In this document: in pieces, positions 58,521 through 64,000 of the stretch
How the letters are laid out: the number at the start of each line of letters is the position of its first letter
Numbering within the stretch: the stretch's first letter is position 1
IMG/VR virus record: IMGVR_UViG_3300027908_000022
Coordinates: 1,572 to 65,571 of that record
Reading direction: 5' to 3' (one strand)
Origin: a virus
Length of the DNA: 64,000 nucleotides
Notes under the pieces: model-generated
Databases searched by the model: none
What the model was told of the DNA's origin: nothing
The model's input: the letters and a program-made list of their open reading frames with translations, nothing else
Position numbers and translations under genes: made by a program

Positions 58521-59201
58521 ATGAAGGCTCTAGCGGTGGTGGTCCTGGTCCTCGGGTGCGTGGGGTGTTCCGGCGCCGTGGACGGCATTGGGAGCGCCCA
58601 CGGAGGCGACCCCACCAAGGGCGCGGGCGAGGGCGGCGACGCTCAGACGGCCGTCCAGGGCGAGGCAGGCCCCACGGACGAGGCCTCCGCGGCGGACGCG
58701 GGCGGCTACTGCTTCGCCGCTGGCGCCATGTGCGATCCGGCCAAGGGCGCGGAGCCCGGGATCGCGTGCTGCGAAGGGTTCTGCTCGGCGACCACGGGGC
58801 TCTGTTCGGTGCCGACAGACGGCGGTGTCGCACATGAAGACGCGTCGCCCCCGGACGCGGGTTCGCCGACCGACGATGCGGGCTTCTGGACGGACGCGAG
58901 CTCGCCGGACTGTGATGCCGCGACGTGCTCGCTCGGCGGGACGATGTGCGTGAACGACCAGGCTGCCGGGTGCCAGCCGGACGAAGCCGCCTTGCAGGCG
59001 GGCGCGTGCAATGCCCACCCGGGGACCGTCGCGTTTGCCTGCACGGATTCGGCCCTTCTGCCATCGTTCGTGTGGAGCGGGGTCTGCTTTCCGGTCGGTG
59101 TTGGGGATGCCGGTAGCGGGGTATGCTGCCCTCCGGTAAGCCAAGGCGCCTGGACGCTGTGCAGCTCGAACGAGTGTCACGCGCTCGGGACCTGCCGCTA
59201 G
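58521..59201 (+). CDS. Cys-rich lipoprotein on the counter strand
   Basis: GGAGG RBS, hydrophobic signal ending LGCVGC, many Cys pairs, DAG repeats. Confidence 0.7.
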   Translation: MKALAVVVLVLGCVGCSGAVDGIGSAHGGDPTKGAGEGGDAQTAVQGEAGPTDEASAADAGGYCFAAGAMCDPAKGAEPGIACCEGFCSATTGLCSVPTDGGVAHEDASPPDAGSPTDDAGFWTDASSPDCDAATCSLGGTMCVNDQAAGCQPDEAALQAGACNAHPGTVAFACTDSALLPSFVWSGVCFPVGVGDAGSGVCCPPVSQGAWTLCSSNECHALGTCR

Positions 59202-59911
59202 GTCGCCTTCGTCGCGGTCGTCGTCGGCGGTGGCAACAGACCGAGCGCCTGCAGTAGCGTCGTTGCTGCGCCTGCGATCTGAGTTGCCGTGGTCGCGGTC
59301 GAGACTGTCATAGCGAACGCACCGAGCGCGGAGGCCAGCCCAGTGGCCCACGGGCCCACCGCGAGCGTGTTTGCGCCGCCGGCGATCGTCACCTGAGCCC
59401 CAGTCTTGCCGAGCGTCAGGGCCGCAGCCGCGAAAAGGATTTGTGCCGTGTCGCCATCGAGGCCGAGCAGGAACGCCGCCGCCGCTTCCGAGGCGTCCTT
59501 GATTGGGCCCGTCAGATCCGTCGGCGTGGCGCTCCAATAATTCCCGGACAGCCGACGTACGTCGTTCGGCGCGACCGGCTTAGTGGATCGGCCTTGGGCG
59601 AGCCAAGTCGTCGGATCCAAGTCGAACGCTTCGAGCGTCACGGGATCGTACTGCTTGAGCGGGCCGACGAGCACGAAGCCGCCGAACCGCGGCCACGCGA
59701 TCGGCACGTTTTTCAGAACCGGCCACGGCTCGAATACGTTGCCGTCCGTGTCGAGGTTCGTGCGCACGTCGTTCGGGTTCGGCTGGATATCCGCCGTCAT
59801 CGTTGCCGGGTAATAATTGACGACGTTGCCGCCCATGCGCACATAAACGCTCGCCTTGTGGCTGTCGACCGCGGCTTGAATGACCTGCTCTTGCGTGATT
59901 TGTCGCTGAAT
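59198..59911 (-). CDS. Baseplate spike (Gp138 N-terminal-like); start uncertain
   Basis: G.VVNY....ADIQP...PVL.NVPI.WP..GGF....PL...D.V.L.....D; frame open up to ATT 59911, first canonical start GTG 59842. Confidence 0.75.
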   Translation of the reverse strand: MQRQITQEQVIQAAVDSHKASVYVRMGGNVVNYYPATMTADIQPNPNDVRTNLDTDGNVFEPWPVLKNVPIAWPRFGGFVLVGPLKQYDPVTLEAFDLDPTTWLAQGRSTKPVAPNDVRRLSGNYWSATPTDLTGPIKDASEAAAAFLLGLDGDTAQILFAAAALTLGKTGAQVTIAGGANTLAVGPWATGLASALGAFAMTVSTATTATQIAGAATTLLQALGLLPPPTTTATKAT

Positions 59912-59954
59912 TGGACTACCCTGCCTTTCGCATGAACCACTCGTGCGACAGTCT

Positions 59955-60851
59955 TCATCCTAACCCAGTCCCATACCGTCGCGCCTCCACATTTATGTTC
60001 CAGTCGTTTCCCCTTGTGTCACCTGTATACTCACAGCTCACCGCCCGATAAAGGCCCGTCACATATTTGCAGTTCATTTGCACCGGCGTGCCGGGCCGCA
60101 TGCCGGGGAGCATCAGGGTGGAGAACGAGCACACGCCCTTCGTATCGACGCTCGGCGAGCCGATGAGGCCCGAGTCGCTGCTGATAAGATACGCTTGGCC
60201 CCCGAGTGGCTGCCCCTGCGAAACGAACTGCGGGACGCCTTGCTGCAGGCTCACCTCGAGGCCGACGCTCTGGGCCAGGTCCTTGAGCATGGCCATGGCG
60301 TTGCCCTTGAGCACAGCGCCCTTGTTGTAGAGCGGCGAGGCGCGCAAGACTTGGGCGACCGTCGCGATATTCCCTTGGCCGAGGCCCATCGCGCCGAGGA
60401 GCGCCTTCGCGACGACGTAGGCGTTTGCGCCGGCGCCGAAGCTCTGATTGAGCCGCGACGTGATGGCGGCGGCGTCGCCATCGCCGGTCGTTAGCTCCGT
60501 GACTGTGTCGGCGCCGTCCGTCATCGTCTGGGCGCTGCGGAGCTCGCCGAGGAAAAGCGTACTCTCTCCGCCGACGTAGCCGGCGACGATCTTGACCGGG
60601 ACGACGGTGTTCGTGCCACCTGGTTGCGCGGGGCCAGGGCTCGGCGAGGCGCTCGACTCGATGGCCTTCCGGCTCGCGTCGCTCAGGTTATAGAGCCGCA
60701 GGTCGCAGGTGTTCGGCTCCTGGGGCCGGAGCGAGCGCCGTACTTGGAACCAGACGTCTAGGCCCGTCTGGAGGCCGAAGTCCGTGATCTGGATCGTGCC
60801 CACAGTTACGGTGCACGCGCGGTTCAGCAGCGAGACCGCCGGCTGCGTCAT
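59955..60851 (-). CDS. Baseplate hub protein
   Basis: F.V.RSL..EPN.C.L.LYNLS, AGY......LF.G, GLIGSPS, L.LP..RPG..V, Y.GDTRG.DW. Confidence 0.8.
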   Translation of the reverse strand: MTQPAVSLLNRACTVTVGTIQITDFGLQTGLDVWFQVRRSLRPQEPNTCDLRLYNLSDASRKAIESSASPSPGPAQPGGTNTVVPVKIVAGYVGGESTLFLGELRSAQTMTDGADTVTELTTGDGDAAAITSRLNQSFGAGANAYVVAKALLGAMGLGQGNIATVAQVLRASPLYNKGAVLKGNAMAMLKDLAQSVGLEVSLQQGVPQFVSQGQPLGGQAYLISSDSGLIGSPSVDTKGVCSFSTLMLPGMRPGTPVQMNCKYVTGLYRAVSCEYTGDTRGNDWNINVEARRYGTGLG

Positions 60852-60857
60852 GGGAGC

Positions 60858-61258
60858 TTACCTGGGTGCGCGGACGGGCTTCGGCGGCTTCGGTCCGAAC
60901 TTCGGGTTGGGGCGCTCGGCGATCTGGGGCTTTGGCGTCGGCCACTGGCCGGGCCGCGGCGCGATCGTCGGCTTCGGCGCCTCACTCATCGACGCGCCGT
61001 CTTCGCCAGCTCGGCGCACTGCGCGACGGTGCGCTCGTAGCCCTCGGCGGCCTCGATGTGCGTCTTGGCCATGCGCTCGTGCATGTCCTTGTCGTCGGCC
61101 GTCTTGGCCTTGCTGGCGTCCGCGGTATGGGACGCGACGAACGCGCGGTGCCCGTCGGCCGCCTTTTTCGCGGCGGCGCTCTTCTTCGCGAGCTCGCGCT
61201 TGCTCGGCTTGTGGGGCTTCTTGGGGCCGGGAATGAGGATCGGGAGAAGTCCGGGCAT
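60858..61258 (-). CDS. Two small basic/Pro-rich ORFs (60858-60989, 60986-61258)
   Basis: ATGA coupled; KP repeats. Confidence 0.45.
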
Positions 61259-61271
61259 GGTTCAAAGGTAG

Positions 61272-61345
61272 CGCGCCTGGTCGGGTTCGAACCGACGGCC
61301 ACCGGATTCTTCAGGCCCGGTGCTCTGCCGCTGAGCTACAGGCGC
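61272..61345 (-). tRNA. tRNA-Phe(GAA)-like with 9-nt anticodon loop
   Basis: Acceptor GCGCCTG/CAGGCGC, D arm TAGCTCAG..AGAGC, T loop TTCGAAC; loop CCTGAAGAA. Confidence 0.7.
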
Positions 61346-61348
61346 GTT

Positions 61349-61430
61349 TGGCTCCGACCGCATGAATCGAACATGCTCCCTCCCTCCAGCGCAAGCGCCT
61401 TCGGGTGCTCTGCCAATGAGCTAGGTCGGA
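61349..61430 (-). tRNA. tRNA-like RNA with aberrant anticodon arm, CCA encoded
   Basis: Acceptor TCCGACC/GGTCGGA-GCCA; D and T arms intact; 29-nt central region lacks a normal 5-bp/7-nt arm. Confidence 0.55.
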
Positions 61431-61435
61431 AAATG

Positions 61436-61508
61436 AGCCCCGGGACCGAGTTGAACGGCCGACCTTCGGCTTATACGGGCCGATGCTCTGACGCTGAGCT
61501 ACCGGGGC
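61436..61508 (-). tRNA. tRNA (Ile-TAT or Tyr-GTA-like) with 8-nt anticodon loop
   Basis: Acceptor GCCCCGG/CCGGGGC; stem TCGGC/GCCGA; loop CCGTATAA; variable loop AGGTC; T loop TTCAACT. Confidence 0.65.
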
Positions 61509-61517
61509 GCGGTCTCC

Positions 61518-61841
61518 TCAAGTGCGGTTCGGCACCTCCCTCAAGCAAGGCAGGCCGCCGAAATGCGGCTTGAGGAGCTTTCGCGGCCCGGGCGGGACGC
61601 CGATCGCCATGAGCTGGCCCGACCACGGCGGCGTGTCCTCGCGGATCTCGACGATCTCGAGCCCCCGCGCGCGGAGCCGCTCGGTTTGCGCGACGAGCGA
61701 GGCCTCGTCCGGCACGCACAGGAGAGCCCCATGCGTGTCGGGCGACAGGTTGCCCGGCGACGACTCTCCCGCGGCGTGAAGCACGGCCAGCGCGAGAATG
61801 TTTCTGGGCAAATCATCGCGCACCAAAATATAATGAGTCAG
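61518..61841 (-). CDS. Peptidyl-tRNA hydrolase 2-like protein
   Basis: HYILVRDDL...AVLHAAGES...L.V.DE..L...IRE....GQLMAIG..P; probable CTG start coupled to the upstream TGA. Confidence 0.7.
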   Translation of the reverse strand: MTHYILVRDDLPRNILALAVLHAAGESSPGNLSPDTHGALLCVPDEASLVAQTERLRARGLEIVEIREDTPPWSGQLMAIGVPPGPRKLLKPHFGGLPCLREVPNRT

Positions 61842-62455
61842 GACTTCAGTGGCGGCAAATCCGGAAGACTCGCGATGTATTCCAGCAATCCCTTGCTGCA
61901 CCGGAACCATTCTCCGCGTGGCCGTATTCGGTCCGCAAGAAATCGATCGTGAATCTTGACTTCTTCGCCCCGCGTCCCGCCTGTCACCTTCAGCAGGGTG
62001 ATTGCCTCGTGGTTGCCACACTGCAGGCCCTGCATTCTCGCTGCCATGCTCATTGTCGTGAAGCCGATTTTGATCGGCCCCGACGTTACCTGTATGAAAT
62101 ATATTTTTGGTCTCCCGTCCGCAGTGAACTCCGCCCGTCGCTGCCGATGCTTCGCGAGCCACTCCTCGCGATGCTGCTCCCGCCATTTCTTGGCGTCCCT
62201 GCGGCTCCTCTCGCGCTCTTTCGGCATCGCCCGGCGACCGCGCATGTATTCGGTCACCTTGGCCCGTCTGGCCTCCGGCGTCCGCTCCTCTGCTGGGAGG
62301 AGTTTCCTCCCCAATGGCTTCCCCCCGTTTCTCTTGCGGGCCTGCTTGTACCAGCGGCAGTAATCGCGGTGCTTCTGAGCGTACTCCGGATCGGCCTTCC
62401 GGCGGTTCAGCTGATACTGACGCTCGTACGAGCGCTTCTTCTCGAGGTCTCGCAT
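61838..62455 (-). CDS. GIY-YIG (T5orf172-like) endonuclease
   Basis: KIYFIQ....IKIGFT...RM..LQ.GN...E..IH..F......GEWF. Confidence 0.8.
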   Translation of the reverse strand: MRDLEKKRSYERQYQLNRRKADPEYAQKHRDYCRWYKQARKRNGGKPLGRKLLPAEERTPEARRAKVTEYMRGRRAMPKERERSRRDAKKWREQHREEWLAKHRQRRAEFTADGRPKIYFIQVTSGPIKIGFTTMSMAARMQGLQCGNHEAITLLKVTGGTRGEEVKIHDRFLADRIRPRGEWFRCSKGLLEYIASLPDLPPLKS

Positions 62456-62572
62456 CGACAGGTCCCAGCTCGGGCTGGGCGCGCCCCTCAGGCGCGGCGA
62501 TGAAGTCGGCTCAGGTCCACGGAAGACAGGATAGGACCACCCGCCGGGCCCGTCAAGGACGGGTCACTCACC

Positions 62573-62656
62573 TGGTACCCGGGGCGAGAATTGCACTCGC
62601 ATGGCCGAAGCCGCGGCGGCCTGAACGCCGTGTGTCTGCTGTTCCACCACCCGGGC
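62573..62656 (-). tRNA. tRNA-Leu(CAG)
   Basis: Stem CGGCG/CGCCG, loop TTCAGGC, long variable arm, CCA encoded. Confidence 0.9.
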
Positions 62657-62662
62657 ATTTTG

Positions 62663-62745
62663 TGGGATCGGAGGGAGTTGCACCCTCATGGCCTTTCGGT
62701 CGCCAGCACCTCAAGCTGGTGTGTCTGCTGTTCCACCACGATCCC
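62663..62745 (-). tRNA. tRNA-Leu(GAG)
   Basis: Acceptor GGGATCG/CGATCCC; loop TTGAGGT; variable arm. Confidence 0.9.
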
Positions 62746-62747
62746 GT

Positions 62748-62817
62748 TTCGGGGCCTCGGTGTCGATCCGAGCTGGCTGGGTTCAAGGCCCAGCTACCAG
62801 AGCCGCTGGAGCCCCGA
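62748..62817 (-). tRNA. tRNA-Gln(TTG), atypical
   Basis: Stem CTGGG/CCCAG, loop CCTTGAA; short D arm; T loop ATCGACA. Confidence 0.7.
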
Positions 62818-62818
62818 G

Positions 62819-62898
62819 TGCGCGAGGGGAGAATTGAACTCCCATGCCCGAAGGCGCCGGGGTTTGGGCCCGGTGTGTCTGCGTTTCACCACTCGCGC
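62819..62898 (-). tRNA. tRNA-Leu(CAA)
   Basis: Acceptor GCGCGAG/CTCGCGC; loop CCCAAAC; variable arm. Confidence 0.85.
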
Positions 62899-63024
62899 GA
62901 AACTTACTTCATGCACGCCAAGACCAGCCATAAGCCCTGTTGGCTTAGGCGTCCCGGCTGACGAAGTAGCTGCAAGCGGCTCACGAGGAGGAGCTTACGA
63001 TACGACGCGACGGCGGTCAAGTTG

Positions 63025-63107
63025 CGGAGCCAGGTGGAGTCGAACCACTCACCTTGCGGTGTCCCGGGGTAGCAACCCAGTGAGCGTCCACACGCTCGTC
63101 AGGCTCC
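63025..63107 (-). tRNA. tRNA-Ser(GCT), 8/4 fold
   Basis: GGAGCCTG/CTGGCTCC (one U-U mismatch), T stem GTGG/CCAC, loop TTGCTAC. Confidence 0.75.
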
Positions 63108-63111
63108 ATAG

Positions 63112-63194
63112 CGGAAGACGGAGTACTCGAAACTCAGCGCCGAAGCGCCCATCGGTATTCGAAGCCGCGCCGAGCCCCGCTCGGTTCATCTTCC
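63112..63194 (-). tRNA. tRNA-Ser(CGA), 8/4 fold
   Basis: GGAAGATG/CGTCTTCC, 6-bp D stem, T stem GAGT/ACTC, loop TTCGAAT. Confidence 0.75.
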
Positions 63195-63198
63195 GTAG

Positions 63199-63282
63199 CG
63201 GATAGGAGAGGTCTCGATCCCCAGCGCTTTGCGCGCCCTGCCGTTTTCAAAACGGTGCCGCACCCCGTGCGGTTTCCCATCC
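63199..63282 (-). tRNA. tRNA-Ser(TGA), 8/4 fold
   Basis: GGATGGGA/TCCTATCC, D stem CCGCAC/GTGCGG, loop TTTGAAA. Confidence 0.8.
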
Positions 63283-63283
63283 G

Positions 63284-63371
63284 TGGCGGAAGACGAGGGA
63301 CTCGCACCCCAGCGCTTTGCAGCGCCGCACCGCATTCCAAGCGGGCCCGCGCCTCGCGCGGTTCGTCTTCC
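63284..63371 (-). tRNA. tRNA-Ser(GGA), 8/4 fold, CCA encoded
   Basis: GGAAGACG/CGTCTTCC-GCCA, D stem CCGCGC/GCGCGG, loop TTGGAAT. Confidence 0.8.
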
Positions 63372-63375
63372 ATAG

Positions 63376-63448
63376 TCAGCGCCGCGGGAGTTGAACCCGC
63401 CTCGTCTTGACCCCCAGTCAAGTGCCTGGGCCGCTAGGCTAGGCGCTG
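63376..63448 (-). tRNA. tRNA-Pro(GGG)
   Basis: Acceptor CAGCGCC/GGCGCTG; stem CTTGA/TCAAG; loop CTGGGGG. Confidence 0.9.
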
Positions 63449-63456
63449 ATGGCGCG

Positions 63457-64000
63457 TCACGCTGTCTGCGCGACCGCCGCGATATACGGCAACCAGATCG
63501 CGGGCGCCGAGCTCAGGTCGATGAGCATCGGCGGCGCGTCCGGGAGCGTCGTCGGCCGGTACGGTTTGAAGTGCATGGACCACCTCATCTCCGCCGGCGT
63601 CTTGTTGCCCTTCCTTCTATTGCATGGCTTGCACGCGCTCACGATGTTGAGCCACGTGGTCTTCCCGCCTCGAGAGCGCGGGAGGACGTGGTCGTACGTG
63701 AGGTGCTTCGGGTGCATGCGGAGCCCGCAGTAGCAGCACCGCGATCCGTCGCGCGTCAGCACGTTCGAGCGGCTGAACTTCACGCCGTCTTTGTGCTTGC
63801 GAACGTGCTTGCGAAGCCGGATGACGGCCGGGAACTGGATCGAGATACTCGGCGAGCGACACTCGACGTCGTATGTCTCGAGCACGTCGACCTTTTGCAG
63901 GACGACGAGCGTCACGGCCTTTTCCCAGGACATGATCTTGTCTGGCTGCATCGTCGTCGACAGGACGAGCGCCCTGAGCTGTTGGTCCTCTTCACCTCGC
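63457..64000 (-). CDS. HNH endonuclease (McrA-like), 5' end probably beyond the window
   Basis: RDG.RC.YCG, LTYDHVLPRSRGG..TW.NIV.AC..CN..KG; frame open to base 64000. Confidence 0.9.
   Translation of the reverse strand, partial: RGEEDQQLRALVLSTTMQPDKIMSWEKAVTLVVLQKVDVLETYDVECRSPSISIQFPAVIRLRKHVRKHKDGVKFSRSNVLTRDGSRCCYCGLRMHPKHLTYDHVLPRSRGGKTTWLNIVSACKPCNRRKGNKTPAEMRWSMHFKPYRPTTLPDAPPMLIDLSSAPAIWLPYIAAVAQTA

Noticed and set aside
62900-63020. tmRNA or other ncRNA between tRNA groups
   Set aside because: Only a short TAAGCC/GGCTTA hairpin; no tmRNA termini or tag frame seen.
63112-63194. Selenocysteine tRNA (GGAAGAT 5' end, long D stem)
   Set aside because: The anticodon is CGA, not TCA, and the sister genes carry the other Ser anticodons.
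1-64000. Integrase/att site, DGR reverse transcriptase, portal and major capsid genes
   Set aside because: None recognisable in this window; lifestyle cannot be determined.

Overview
A 64-kb, GC-rich piece of a tailed-phage (or prophage) genome with a contractile-tail baseplate. A soil host such as Myxococcota is a weak guess from GC content and gene families. Order: a giant glycosyl/methyltransferase-TPR gene and a head-morphogenesis gene (+); small accessory genes; a repeat-array locus at 9.1-12.9 kb; terminase; a ~10-kb glycan cassette (gmd, fcl, fucosyltransferase-like, GT2/GT25, FkbM, radical SAM); GroES, KGG protein, sigma-like factor, DUF2303, RusA-like, DNA methyltransferase, DnaC-like loader and replication protein (-); a + strand early module (PD-(D/E)XK exonuclease, RecT-like, Acb2/Tad1-like); lysis and baseplate genes (-); and 12 tRNA or tRNA-like genes with Pth2-like, GIY-YIG and HNH genes. 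The standout is 9.1-12.9 kb. A stand-alone RAMP/Cas7-like gene and a coupled partner gene are flanked by two non-coding arrays (0.4 kb co-oriented, 1.8 kb divergent). The arrays are phased 5-nt units, GG(A/C)NN, cut into ~35-55 nt segments by a 4-nt GGCA phase-breaker. This is not CRISPR. It resembles the VIPR-type non-contiguous RNA-guided system as I recall it (not verified here), but with GGA/GGC rather than GGY triplets. Also notable: four 8/4-fold tRNA-Ser genes and three tRNAs with abnormal anticodon arms. All protein calls are motif recognition by eye; no searches were run.
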